Assembly: GCA_965203095.1 (NCBI GenBank)
Contig: OZ241877.1
Coordinates: 1,056,001 to 1,120,000, forward strand
Direction: 5' to 3'
Source of the DNA: Bdellovibrionales bacterium
GTDB taxonomy: Bacteria; Bdellovibrionota; Bdellovibrionia; Bdellovibrionales; UBA1609
DNA: 64,000 nt
A program made the translations under genes and the position numbers. Every line of letters starts with the position of its first letter. The first letter of the stretch is position 1. The notes below the pieces were generated by a model, which was not told the origin of the DNA, searched no databases, and saw only the letters and a program-made list of their open reading frames with translations. Below, one piece after another: positions 20,090-30,210 of this stretch.

Positions 20090-20443
20090 ATGAAAGTGGC
20101 TTTTTTGATTTTTTTAATAACTTGTGCTATGGGCACTCAAGAGGCTTTGGCCACCCAGAAATATATAATAAAATGTGATTGTCACTTTAGAGCCTCAGAA
20201 GGAACAGAATCATCAACATTTCTGGTTAATGGCTTTGGATATGGGGATCCCGATGCTATTCGTAATGCTTATGATAATTGCACAAAAAACCTTGAGGGAG
20301 TGAGCATCTCAAATTGTCGCCGGATAGAGGTAGATTCTTGTGAAAGCTCACAACAAAGCCGAAGAAAAAACCAAAAAGGAAACCAAACAGCACGGGATGT
20401 GACTATGATTCGGGAGTCGTTAAATGATTTTGAGAATCAGTGA
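20090..20443 (+). CDS. Small secreted Cys-rich hypothetical protein
   Basis: Signal peptide ending ALA; several Cys. Confidence 0.6.
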   Translation: MKVAFLIFLITCAMGTQEALATQKYIIKCDCHFRASEGTESSTFLVNGFGYGDPDAIRNAYDNCTKNLEGVSISNCRRIEVDSCESSQQSRRKNQKGNQTARDVTMIRESLNDFENQ

Positions 20444-20663
20444 GGCATTGGTTTTGATATTGTTGGCCCAATTCTTCTAAATGTTCATCCGCCTTTAGGG
20501 CCTGTGCTTTTGCTTTTTGGACTTCTTCCGCTTTGACTAAAGCCATCACTAAGGCCACTTTTCTTTCTAAATCCAATTGGCGACAGCTCTCCTCTTGGTC
20601 ACTAAAAAGAAAAGGCGAAAAAAAAACACAAATAAACAAGATAAAAAACTTCATTTTAATCAT
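20403..20663 (-). CDS. Small secreted helical hypothetical protein
   Basis: Signal peptide; two Cys bracketing a helical segment. Confidence 0.5.
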   Translation of the reverse strand: MIKMKFFILFICVFFSPFLFSDQEESCRQLDLERKVALVMALVKAEEVQKAKAQALKADEHLEELGQQYQNQCLTDSQNHLTTPES

Positions 20664-20666
20664 TTA

Positions 20667-21770
20667 CTAACTCCAAAACCAATTTTTTGACCATTTTAGC
20701 CCCCGCTCGTCCCGTTCCCGGCGGGAAAGGGATGAAGTGACCCCTCGGGCCCTACGAGATGTGGCCGACAGATCTCCTGAACCGTTTTGAGACAAAAGAT
20801 GTTTTATCCTATCAATATGAGGGCCTCCGTTAAGATTATTATGTGTGATACTGCTAAAGGCCACTAAGCCCACCAACTCTCCTTGGTTATTGAAAACAGG
20901 GCCACCGCTGTTTCCGCCACCAATAGGAATATCAAAAGTGATGCATGCATTACAGCGATAACCATCATATTCTAATGGTCTGCTGGGGTTTTTGTTGGTT
21001 AAATGCCCTTTAGAGCTTGTCCATTTTATTCCATTGGGGCTACCTATGGTCCAAAGCTCATCTAAGAGCTTAAGGGAATCCAAACTTCCATGGTCAGGCA
21101 CCTTTGTATTGGGCAAAGCTCTAACCAATACCCCAAGGGCAATATCATCTTCATCATCATACCAAGCCACTGAACTCAATACCTCCCGATTCCCAGAGTG
21201 ATTTTCCGCAATGGTCAACATATTATACCTGTGTTTCCCAGCTACCGTATAAGCACCAATGACCTCTCTAATCACATGGTGATTGGTTAAAACACTGGAG
21301 GAGGTTTGGAAAACTCCGCTTCCATGATATCCCGTTGTTATACAAGTATTAGCGGTGTCGCAAGTATCTATACAAGCGTTGACGGCGGTCACTGTGTTGT
21401 AAGTGTCCGGATCAAGACAACCCAAATCCGTTTCAACATCTGGATCTCCTAATACACAATTTTTATGGGTGGTTTCAGAAGAGGCAGAATCGCATACCCC
21501 CACCAATTTATAGATATAAACAGCAGTATCTAAATAATCTTCCACTGATAGATTGGGGTTTGTGCTCAAAAAAGAAAATCCCGAACGAGAAGACGAGGAG
21601 CTTGAACTCCGGCGGGAAGAACTTCCCCGGCTACGATAAGATCCACTATCTCGCTCCCGGCGGGAAGAGCCAGAAACCGCTCCTGTAGAAGCCCGAACAA
21701 TAAGCTGACCCTCCTGAGGCTGGACCATGCAGGCCGGCAAAAGCAAACAAAAAGCAAAAAAGAACCTCAT
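20667..21770 (-). CDS. Trypsin-like (S1) serine protease lipoprotein
   Basis: Lipobox LLPA-C from ATG 21770; triad TNHHV / DDIAL / GNSGGP; Ser/Arg-rich linker. Confidence 0.85.
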   Translation of the reverse strand: MRFFFAFCLLLPACMVQPQEGQLIVRASTGAVSGSSRRERDSGSYRSRGSSSRRSSSSSSSRSGFSFLSTNPNLSVEDYLDTAVYIYKLVGVCDSASSETTHKNCVLGDPDVETDLGCLDPDTYNTVTAVNACIDTCDTANTCITTGYHGSGVFQTSSSVLTNHHVIREVIGAYTVAGKHRYNMLTIAENHSGNREVLSSVAWYDDEDDIALGVLVRALPNTKVPDHGSLDSLKLLDELWTIGSPNGIKWTSSKGHLTNKNPSRPLEYDGYRCNACITFDIPIGGGNSGGPVFNNQGELVGLVAFSSITHNNLNGGPHIDRIKHLLSQNGSGDLSATSRRARGVTSSLSRRERDERGLKWSKNWFWS

Positions 21771-21958
21771 GTTTTTATTTTCGGCAAAGTTGGTCTCAAA
21801 TTTTAAAAAAATCTTCCGGCCCAAGGTTTTGTGCTTTCTACAACCTTTTTTTGGCATTGAGTTATTTTCATAAAGTGTCTATACTCAACAAAAGTCGGGG
21901 AAATTTTTGTGAAACCTCTCCCGGACATAAAAACAGCTTATAAATTCAAGGGGAAAAC

Positions 21959-22858
21959 ATGAGAGAACCTGTGAGCATTTTAGAAGTGGGCCCCAGAGAT
22001 GGCCTTCAAAATGAAAAAATTCTTCCTTTAAAGTGCAAATATGATTTTATCCAAAAGCTTTCCCACTCTGGCCTCCACCGGATAGAGATAGGCTCTTTTG
22101 TTTCTCCTCAGTGGATTCCTCAAATGCAAGACACTTTGGAGCTAAGCCAAAAAGTTTTAAAAGCTCAAAGGCAGGGGCAAATCCCTAAAAAAATCAAGTT
22201 TTCGGCCTTAGTTCCTAATCTTAAGGGCTTAAAGAAAGCTCTCAACTCTGGCCTCCGGGAGATCTCTGTTTTCCTGTCCGCCACAGATTCTTTCTCCAAA
22301 AAAAACCTCAATCGCTCTATGGAAGAAAGCTATCTCATCTATAAAGAAGTTTGCCGGGAGGCTTTAAAAGAAAACTTAAAAATCCGAGCCTATTTGAGCG
22401 TTTGTTTTGACTGCCCTTATGAGGGAAAAGTCCCCATCGCCTCTGTTTTGGAATGGGTTAAAAAAATAGAAGATCTCTCTGTTTATGAAATCTCCATTAG
22501 CGACACCACTGGCCGGGCCAGAGCTTGGGAGGTTCAAACTCTTCTGGAAAAGCTTTTCCGCTTTATTCCTAAAAACAAAATAGCCGGGCATTTTCATGAT
22601 GTCCATGGCATGGCTTTGGCCAATATTTTAATGGCCTATCAGATGGGGGTTCGTAGTTTTGACGGGAGTGCGGGAGGATTGGGCGGATGCCCTTACTCTA
22701 AAACCCCTTCGGGAAATGCCCCCACAGAGGCTATTATTTATCTTCTAAAAGATCCCAAGGATCCCACTATTAAAAATTTGATTAAGACCGCTCTTTGGCT
22801 GGAGAAAAAATTAGGGAAAAAACTCCCCTCTCCCTTCCTCCATGTAAAAAAAAATTAA
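21959..22858 (+). CDS. Hydroxymethylglutaryl-CoA lyase
   Basis: EVGPRDGLQNE, SFVSPQWIPQM, HFHD, GLGGCPY. Confidence 0.93.
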   Translation: MREPVSILEVGPRDGLQNEKILPLKCKYDFIQKLSHSGLHRIEIGSFVSPQWIPQMQDTLELSQKVLKAQRQGQIPKKIKFSALVPNLKGLKKALNSGLREISVFLSATDSFSKKNLNRSMEESYLIYKEVCREALKENLKIRAYLSVCFDCPYEGKVPIASVLEWVKKIEDLSVYEISISDTTGRARAWEVQTLLEKLFRFIPKNKIAGHFHDVHGMALANILMAYQMGVRSFDGSAGGLGGCPYSKTPSGNAPTEAIIYLLKDPKDPTIKNLIKTALWLEKKLGKKLPSPFLHVKKN

Positions 22859-25029
22859 GTATCAGGCAAAAGCTCCTTTAACTCTAAAAAACCCTCATTA
22901 TATAGAGTCTCAATATAGTCCAAAGCAGATGATTGAAGGTTCTCAATGTTTTTTAAAATATTGAGAACCAGCCTGCGAACTTGAGGATCGGGATCTCTAA
23001 TGTAATCTAAAAAAAGAATCTGAATTTCCGGGTGAAGCCATATTAAAGCCTCTAACTTTTTTAAAACTTCTTTTTTAAGTCTTGCAGAAGGTTCTTGCTG
23101 AAAAAGCAAAAATCGATGATGGATACCTAAATCCCTCATTTTTTTGTTTTTAGATAGCATTTCTAAAGTCGCTAAAAGCAAGTCTTCATCCTCTTTTGAT
23201 TCCAAAAGTTGGTAAAAAAAAGACAAACTGAAATCATAAAATTGGGATGTGTTTTGGAAAGCCAGAATAACTTTTCCTCTAAGGGCTTGAGGAATAGGGT
23301 TTTGAATAATATATTGAATGATCTTTTCCTGAGCTGTAGGACTTTTTATATCCATCTGGCTAAAACTCCAAAAAATATCTTCTATTAAAGCCTCATCCGC
23401 TTGGGGCAAGAGCTTGGCTATATCCTCTTGAATATCCTCATAAGGGCTTTTTAAAAATGCTAAAGCCTCTAAAGCTTCTTTTGATAGTAGCGGATCATTA
23501 CTTATCAAGAGGTCGGCCACTTTTCGGTGAGTTTCATAATCCTCAAGCTCGCTTTGCCCTATCAGGCGAACAGCATAATAAACCAAGCTATCGTCTGAAG
23601 AACTTAAAAATTCAGAGCTTTTTTTTGCTATTTCTGGGAGAGGTTCTAAATGGGCTAAAGTATTTAAGGCCTGATGGCAGATCACAGGTTTTTTTTGAAG
23701 TTTGTCTTCACAGTATTTGAGTATATCTTCTTGCCATTCTGAGCCTATCACTTTTAATTTTTCAAAAATCAAAAGTCCCCATAAATTTTGAACATATTTT
23801 ACCGGGAGATCTTGTTTGGAAATATAAAATTGCCCCGCCTCAATTTGATTTTCTTTTAATAAAAGGAGGACAGAGATATAAGCCTCCAGCCCTGGATTTT
23901 TAATCAGATCTATAAGGTTCTCCCTTCTCAAAATATGCAAATCAAAAGGATTTATCCATCTCAACATTTCCAGCACATTCAAATAAACCAAACGAATATA
24001 AGGCAAAAAATTCAAATGCTCATAATAAGAGAGAAATTGAGAGGAAAAGGTAGAGCTGGCCCTAATGGATCGAAATATCTTTCGCCCCTGCCCCTCTATC
24101 ATCTCTTTTTTGTTGCGATTGAGAAACCTCTCAATAGCAAAAAAAGCTCGCCCGGACTTTCCCGATTGAAACAGATCTTTGAAAGCCTTTGCTCTTTTAT
24201 CAAAATCCTGTTCATCATTATAAAGGAGGCACTTATTATTAAAAAACTCTTGTTCTTCAATCTTCTCATTAGATAAAGATATACGGGACTGATTGAGGCT
24301 GAAAATAGAGGGGGGCAGTTCATGAAACAGCTCTTTATTTTCTAGCCTTTTGTATTTCTCTGTTTTTAAATAATTAGCATAGCCTCCAAATTTTCTATTG
24401 ATAGCTTGAAAATATTTTTCCAAAGGGTTTTTTATATCAGGCCCTAAGGGGCTTAACTCATCAAAGCCGTAAATAGTTTCTGACCCGGAAAAAACAAAAT
24501 TCATTCTATCATGAAAGGGGGTTCCCAAGGGGGAGTAGCGGTAAGCCACTACCCTTTCTGCCTCCTCTCTGGCCATTCCATCATCTAATAGAACTTGCAA
24601 ATACTCTGTATAGGTCCGGCGGTCTTTGGCTTTACTGGCCAAAGTGTTGCATCCAAACAAAAAAATCTCTTTGACAGAGGATAAAATGCCTTTGCAGGAG
24701 TTTTGGCAGGCCTTTTCCTCTAAAAGTTCTGTAGGTAAGCTGTAGCCGGACTTTCCAAAAAAGATGCCACCAAAATGGCCAGATACGACTAAAATATCAC
24801 AAGAAATGTCTCTTTTACAAGCCGAGTCAAACCAATGAGAGCTATGGTCCTGAGCCTTGTTGATATGAGAGGGCAAAAGCTCTATAAAATCAAAATCGCT
24901 ATCGGGCAGAAACTTCTTAAAAGCCTCTATTTCATCTGATGAGTTGATAGTGATGGAGCAAACCTGATATTTAGCCAAAGCTGAAGGTGAGAGAAAAAGC
25001 AAGCACAGCCCAAACAACTTGTAAAACAT
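22855..25029 (-). CDS. Secreted protein with a possible caspase/CHAT-fold N-domain and C-terminal HEAT-like repeats
   Basis: Signal peptide; ILVVSGHFGG and IFLFGCNTL; HEAT-like DPDPQVRRLVLNIL, SNDPLLSKEALEAL. Confidence 0.55.
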   Translation of the reverse strand: MFYKLFGLCLLFLSPSALAKYQVCSITINSSDEIEAFKKFLPDSDFDFIELLPSHINKAQDHSSHWFDSACKRDISCDILVVSGHFGGIFFGKSGYSLPTELLEEKACQNSCKGILSSVKEIFLFGCNTLASKAKDRRTYTEYLQVLLDDGMAREEAERVVAYRYSPLGTPFHDRMNFVFSGSETIYGFDELSPLGPDIKNPLEKYFQAINRKFGGYANYLKTEKYKRLENKELFHELPPSIFSLNQSRISLSNEKIEEQEFFNNKCLLYNDEQDFDKRAKAFKDLFQSGKSGRAFFAIERFLNRNKKEMIEGQGRKIFRSIRASSTFSSQFLSYYEHLNFLPYIRLVYLNVLEMLRWINPFDLHILRRENLIDLIKNPGLEAYISVLLLLKENQIEAGQFYISKQDLPVKYVQNLWGLLIFEKLKVIGSEWQEDILKYCEDKLQKKPVICHQALNTLAHLEPLPEIAKKSSEFLSSSDDSLVYYAVRLIGQSELEDYETHRKVADLLISNDPLLSKEALEALAFLKSPYEDIQEDIAKLLPQADEALIEDIFWSFSQMDIKSPTAQEKIIQYIIQNPIPQALRGKVILAFQNTSQFYDFSLSFFYQLLESKEDEDLLLATLEMLSKNKKMRDLGIHHRFLLFQQEPSARLKKEVLKKLEALIWLHPEIQILFLDYIRDPDPQVRRLVLNILKNIENLQSSALDYIETLYNEGFLELKELLPDT

Positions 25030-25394
25030 TACTGACTAATTTAACGGAAAAAAGAGATTTATTAAAGCAAAAAACCAGCGAGGTTTAGGCATTATGTCCA
25101 GTTTATTTTGTTCTATTTTTTTAGGAGGGCTATATTATTCCCTCAAGAAAAACCTTGCCTAATAAGAAAGCTAAGACTATAGTCTTATTTATACAAAGCA
25201 TAAAAAAGCAAAGTCGGCTTTGTTTTTTGACAAATAGGAAAAATACTGCAAATATATGGTTTAACAGCCCGTGAAAAGTTTGTATTTAACAGATGGCATA
25301 AAAATCCAGCTTGTCCGGGGAAAAACACCTCAGCCCTTCACTGTTGGGATTTTTATGTTATAATTTCATAAGGGAATAATTTAAAATTACATTT

Positions 25395-27452
25395 ATGATG
25401 GATACAGCAAAAGATAAAAAAACTATTGATAATCCCTCTCAAGATAGCTCTCCTGAGCCTTTAGGCCAAGGGAAAACCATTTATGACATCATCAACTCAG
25501 AAGAGCTGGAGCTTTTATATAAAAAAAACACACATCTTTTAAATCGCCTCTCAAAAACAGGGAAGGAAAACACCCGGCTTTGTGCTCAGCTCTCTACCCT
25601 CAGTCGCAAAACTTCTCATTTAGGAGATAAAAACACAGTTTTAACTAATAAATTTTTAGGTTTGAAGGAGCAGATCTCTTTATTTGCCCGGCAACATCGC
25701 GAATTTAACTATCAATCAAAAAAACTAAAAGAAGAGCTAAAAAAAGCCAAAGAGTTAAAAATTCAGGAAACAGAGAGTAAGCAAAAAGCCACTCTTACCC
25801 AGAAAGACAAACAAATCCATCTGTTGGAAAAAAAGGAGCAAGTTTATAAAACACAAATTAAAAACCTGCAAAATTTATCTCAAAAAATAAAAATGGAAAG
25901 GCTGGAGGAGCAAAAAGCGAGGCTATCGGAGAGCGAAAAAAATAAACAGGCTTTAAGGGCAGAAGTTCAAAAACTAAACCAAAGCTTAACAGAGGAGAGG
26001 AAAAAAACTTCCAAAATCTCTAATTTAAAGACAATAAATCAAAGCAGAGCTATTAAAGGTTTAGAAAAAGAGCTGGAGCACCGGAGCCAAATCTGCCAAA
26101 CCGCTTTACGGGAAAGCGACCGGTTAAAACAGGAAACGGAAAAACTAAAAAAAGTTTTAGTAAAACAAGCTCAAAACCAGACTATTTTAGAAAAAAAGTG
26201 GAGTTCAGCCAAAAAAAAGCTCCAAAGTTTAAATGGGAAAAAGCACTGGATGGCTCAAAAGGCGGAGAAACTAAAAAAAAGAGAGCAATGGCTTGCCCAA
26301 TCTATCAAAAAAATTAAAGAGACAGAAAATAAAATTCAGCATTTTGAAAAAAACCAGCAAGAACTTTTAAATTGTAAAGCTCAGATCCTTGAGCTGAAAA
26401 AGCAAAAAGAAAAATTAAAATCTGGTTTTTCTACTCAGTTAGATCTTTTTATTAAAGAAAAAGCCACTTTAAAACTAAAGTGCGAAAATTTAAAAAAAGC
26501 TCTTGTTGTTGGCAAATCGGGTTTTGACCAAGCCATGTTATCCTTCCAAAAAAAGTATGCCAACCTATATAAAAATCAAAAGGACTGGCAAAAACAGATA
26601 GAGGAAAAGGCTTGTTATGCACAATCTTTAGAACAAAAAATACTTTATATCCAAAAGCAAAAAGAAGAATCAGAAAATCAATTAAAAAAAGAAAAAAGGC
26701 AATATATCAACTCTCTCCAAGGCAAATTAAAAGCCAGTCAAGATCGGGAGGCAGAATTAGAAGGCCAAATTCAACTTTTTAAGTCTCAATCGGAAAGCCT
26801 TGTTTTTAAAGAGAAAAAACTCCTTCAAGAAAAACTTAAAAATATCCAATGGGATAGGGATAAAAGTTTAATGCGAATGGAGGAGCAGAACAAAAAAGGA
26901 TTAGAAGATTTAAAATCAGATTATGAAAAGCGGATAGATCGGATAGAGGCCAGTTGGAAAAAACGATTGGAGCATATTCAGATAGAGATGGAAAATGACC
27001 TCTGTAGTGAAAAAAAGCGACATGAAGTTTTTAAAAGTATAAAGATGAGGGAATTTCAAGAGATAGAAAAAAGAGAGGCAGGCTTGCAGGAGGAAAATCA
27101 TAAATTAAAAACAACAAAATTTGTTTTGGAAAAATCTTTAGAAGAGATCAAAAGGAAACAGGAGCATTATTTAAAAAACAGTAAAAAATGGAAAGATCAA
27201 ATGGAAAGCCTGAAAAGCCTTTGGCAAGAGGGGCAAAAACAAAATGAAGCTAAAGATCAACAGATTCGTGCTTTGCAAAATCTCAACAAAGCTTTAAGTT
27301 GTTCTTTAAATCAAAACAAAAAAACAAAACATCTCACTAAGGATCAAGCTCAGTCGGAAGGGGCAAACTCAAATACAGTCTCAAAAAAGCCAGAGGCCAA
27401 TGAGGAATCACCAGCCTTCAATCATGTTCTGGCAAACATTTATTTTGAGTAG
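25395..27452 (+). CDS. Long coiled-coil protein
   Basis: 685-aa K/E/Q/L heptad-rich ORF with no Walker motifs. Confidence 0.75.
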   Translation: MMDTAKDKKTIDNPSQDSSPEPLGQGKTIYDIINSEELELLYKKNTHLLNRLSKTGKENTRLCAQLSTLSRKTSHLGDKNTVLTNKFLGLKEQISLFARQHREFNYQSKKLKEELKKAKELKIQETESKQKATLTQKDKQIHLLEKKEQVYKTQIKNLQNLSQKIKMERLEEQKARLSESEKNKQALRAEVQKLNQSLTEERKKTSKISNLKTINQSRAIKGLEKELEHRSQICQTALRESDRLKQETEKLKKVLVKQAQNQTILEKKWSSAKKKLQSLNGKKHWMAQKAEKLKKREQWLAQSIKKIKETENKIQHFEKNQQELLNCKAQILELKKQKEKLKSGFSTQLDLFIKEKATLKLKCENLKKALVVGKSGFDQAMLSFQKKYANLYKNQKDWQKQIEEKACYAQSLEQKILYIQKQKEESENQLKKEKRQYINSLQGKLKASQDREAELEGQIQLFKSQSESLVFKEKKLLQEKLKNIQWDRDKSLMRMEEQNKKGLEDLKSDYEKRIDRIEASWKKRLEHIQIEMENDLCSEKKRHEVFKSIKMREFQEIEKREAGLQEENHKLKTTKFVLEKSLEEIKRKQEHYLKNSKKWKDQMESLKSLWQEGQKQNEAKDQQIRALQNLNKALSCSLNQNKKTKHLTKDQAQSEGANSNTVSKKPEANEESPAFNHVLANIYFE

Positions 27453-27774
27453 CTGAAAAAGACGAAACAGCCTCCTCCTCACTACGGAAAAGGGCCGAGT
27501 GCAAACCTTCATTTTGAAAATATTTTTCAAACTCTGAGCTGGCACAACAGATTTTTAAATCACTATCTTTATTTATAAAATCCAAAGTTTCTGAAAAAAC
27601 TCCTACTCCTTTAGAACCAACAAAAGATAGCGATTTGAGGTTAAAAACAATCTTTTTTTTCTGAAAAGATTTGCTGAAGCAAAAAGATTTTAAACTATCA
27701 ACCCCTTTGAGGTCTAAATTCCCCTCTACATCAATGAAGTAAATGTCTTTGTCTTTTCGGAGTCGAGTTTTCAT
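27418..27774 (-). CDS. STAS-domain anti-sigma factor antagonist
   Basis: VEGNLD, IVFNLKSLSFVGSKGV. Confidence 0.8.
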   Translation of the reverse strand: MKTRLRKDKDIYFIDVEGNLDLKGVDSLKSFCFSKSFQKKKIVFNLKSLSFVGSKGVGVFSETLDFINKDSDLKICCASSEFEKYFQNEGLHSALFRSEEEAVSSFSATQNKCLPEHD

Positions 27775-27875
27775 TACGAGGCTATTATAAACGATAAAAA
27801 TAGTTAACAGGGAAAAAACCCGGCCAAAGCCTTATCACTTATAAAAAAACCTCTTTATTATATTATAGAGAAACA

Positions 27876-27894
27876 AATGAAAATGATTATTATT
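27876..27894. promoter_or_regulatory. Fur box upstream of fur
   Basis: Reverse complement AATAATAATCATTTTCATT matches AATGATAATCATTATCATT at 17/19; adjacent TTGACT at 27899-27904. Confidence 0.65.
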
Positions 27895-27935
27895 TTTATT
27901 GACTTTCTTCTAAATTTTTTTAAAAATTTGGAAAA

Positions 27936-28445
27936 ATGAGAAAACATCACCTATCAACACCGGACCTTCCTTTTGGACAAGATCAAGACATTTTAATTGA
28001 ACCCAGAAAGCCCCTGGGTGAGGAGGAATTTAAAAACATTTTACAAAAATGTGGCTTAAAAATAACAACTCAAAGAATGGCGATTTTAAGAGTTTTAAAC
28101 TCAGGCCCCCGCTATCACAAAACCGCTCAAGACATTTTAGATGAAGTCAAAAAAACAGGGCTTTCTTCCATTGGCTTTGCCACAGTCTATCGTTTTTTAA
28201 AAAAGCTGGCCAAATCTCAAATGATTTCAGAAATATCTATGGGAACCGGCTCTTCTTGTTATGAGCTCAAATCCAATCAGTTTCACTATCACATAGCTTG
28301 TGTCCGGTGTGGCAAAATTGTTGAGTTTAAAAACAGATCGATTGAGAGGACTTTAAAAAAAATTGTCTCTGAGAAAAATTATAAAATGCAAAATCAAATT
28401 TTAGAAGTTTATGTGACATGCGATTCAAAAAAATGCCAGAAGTAA
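27936..28445 (+). CDS. fur: Fur family transcriptional regulator
   Basis: GLKITTQRMAIL, IGFATVYRFL, HYHIACVRCGKIVEF, C-terminal Cys pair. Confidence 0.9.
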   Translation: MRKHHLSTPDLPFGQDQDILIEPRKPLGEEEFKNILQKCGLKITTQRMAILRVLNSGPRYHKTAQDILDEVKKTGLSSIGFATVYRFLKKLAKSQMISEISMGTGSSCYELKSNQFHYHIACVRCGKIVEFKNRSIERTLKKIVSEKNYKMQNQILEVYVTCDSKKCQK

Positions 28446-28455
28446 GTTGTCCTGC

Positions 28456-28530
28456 ACTGATCACAGTTGAAGTTTCCGGTCAAACAGAGCCAAGAAAGTA
28501 AGAATTTTTCAAAAAAATCGATATAAAATA
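28456..28530. repeat. MITE-like element, copy B (degenerate)
   Basis: ACTGATCACAGTTGAAGTTTCCGGTCAAACAGA...GAATTTTT...TATAAAATA aligns with 7031-7106. Confidence 0.55.
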
Positions 28531-28545
28531 AAAGGCTTGTTCTTC

Positions 28546-30063
28546 TCAAAAAGTTCCAGTAGTCCCTGCCTCTGTGCTCTCAACAGGAACTTCACACACA
28601 ATTTCCACTTTAAGACGAGCATCTAAGCGAAGCTCTCTTGGTTCCATAATTAAAGTTCGCCCTTCAATTTTTTGTTGGAAACGGATCTTTCGATTATTGG
28701 CAAATAATTTTACACTTCGAGGGTCTTCACAAGAAAGCGGGACACGAATTTTCTGTGTGGACAAATCCACCCTTTGCATTTGAGAACCATAATTTCTATC
28801 ACATATAGAAATAACAGATCCTTTAATCAAGTTGCCGTATTTTGTAATCTCTTGATCCCGCCGGCGGGCTTGCGATAAGCGGGCGTATTCCTCCCCATAA
28901 TAACCTCTTCCTGTTCCAAAACCTCCATGGCTGTCTCGGTTTTGCTCGTTCAAGCAAGAGCTGTCCCCCGGAGGAATAATGATGGAGTGAACACTAAAAC
29001 TTTTTAAAGGTCCGAAATGATTATAAAAATTTTGGGCAAGGACTTCTGGATAATCTTCGTTTTCATAAGCATAAATTTCATTACCAGGTTGTTGGATATA
29101 TTCTTTAGAACTTCTATTATCTTCATCACTCAAAATAATGATCATTAAATGATCTAAAGGATCGAAAAAACTTTGATGTTGAGGATTGTTAATCGCCCTA
29201 TTTAAAGCGTAAATCCCTCTTTCATCATGGCTGGGGCAAGCTTGAGGAGTTGGGGAAGTGCTACTCCCTTCATAAAGTTGGTCAAACCGGTTTCCGCTGG
29301 CCCTTCTTTGAGGGAAATTACTTGTATCGCACTGTTGAGTTTCTGGACGAACAATAGCACTTTTAAAATCTTCCACTATTTTTTGAGAGGGCTTTCCGCC
29401 TAAATTTTCATTTTCCAAAAAAAGTTTTCCTCCAATAGGGATGAATCGACCATCTTGATAAGAAGCATTTCTGACTGGATTTTCAGGAGAAGAGCTAATA
29501 TCTGTCGTAATGACAGCAATACGGTATTTTATGTTTTTGATCCGATTCAAAAAATTTCTGAATTGCTTAGCTAAACTCCGATGCTCTTTAGCCATAGAAC
29601 TGGAGTTATCAATTACAAAAAGTATCTCCACATTGCCTAAGGCCAAATTATAGGATATTTTAATTCTCTCAGTTGCGGGTTGGGAAGGGCGATCTTCTTC
29701 ATAATACTCTCCCTCTCCTCTTTCCGAATCATAATACCCGTCTTCTCCTGCCCCTTCTGGATAATCGCCATCTTGGCCAGAATACCCATCCCTATCGCCT
29801 CTGTCAGATTCGCCATCTGCTCTTCCATCCGCTCGATCTCTTCCTCTGGTCCGGTCACTGCCCCCTTCACCGGTGGGATCAATGTAATCACTAACATCAA
29901 GCCGTTCCTCATTGCATTCCGAACCCTCTGGCATAAAAGCACAGCCCGTATAATCGCTAACTCCCACAAAGCCAGTGGGAGAACACCCCGGCATACCTAT
30001 AGCGTAAATTAAGCCGGCCAGGGCCAAAACCAAAAAAATTTGAACAGAACGACGAAAAAACAT
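28546..30063 (-). CDS. vWA-domain lipoprotein (CglB-like adhesin)
   Basis: Lipoprotein-like signal (GMPG-C), acidic Gly-rich linker, MIDAS ILFVIDNSSSM, IIILSDED. Confidence 0.75.
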   Translation of the reverse strand: MFFRRSVQIFLVLALAGLIYAIGMPGCSPTGFVGVSDYTGCAFMPEGSECNEERLDVSDYIDPTGEGGSDRTRGRDRADGRADGESDRGDRDGYSGQDGDYPEGAGEDGYYDSERGEGEYYEEDRPSQPATERIKISYNLALGNVEILFVIDNSSSMAKEHRSLAKQFRNFLNRIKNIKYRIAVITTDISSSPENPVRNASYQDGRFIPIGGKLFLENENLGGKPSQKIVEDFKSAIVRPETQQCDTSNFPQRRASGNRFDQLYEGSSTSPTPQACPSHDERGIYALNRAINNPQHQSFFDPLDHLMIIILSDEDNRSSKEYIQQPGNEIYAYENEDYPEVLAQNFYNHFGPLKSFSVHSIIIPPGDSSCLNEQNRDSHGGFGTGRGYYGEEYARLSQARRRDQEITKYGNLIKGSVISICDRNYGSQMQRVDLSTQKIRVPLSCEDPRSVKLFANNRKIRFQQKIEGRTLIMEPRELRLDARLKVEIVCEVPVESTEAGTTGTF

Positions 30064-30210
30064 AATCTACTATATAAAACGGGATTTTAGATAGGAATCT
30101 TTAAAAAAATTGCAGGAATGCGGGATTTTAAGCTTTAAAAGGGCAGATAAAGCAAAGCCTTCCTCTTCCTTTGAGCGGTTTTAGCTCAAAAAACAAGACC
30201 AATACCGCTT

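Noticed and set aside
20667..20705. Frameshift near the protease C-terminus (G5 run)
   Set aside because: An alternative tail is possible but nothing in the sequence favours it decisively
25395..27452. SMC or other ATPase
   Set aside because: No Walker A/B or signature motif; coiled coil only
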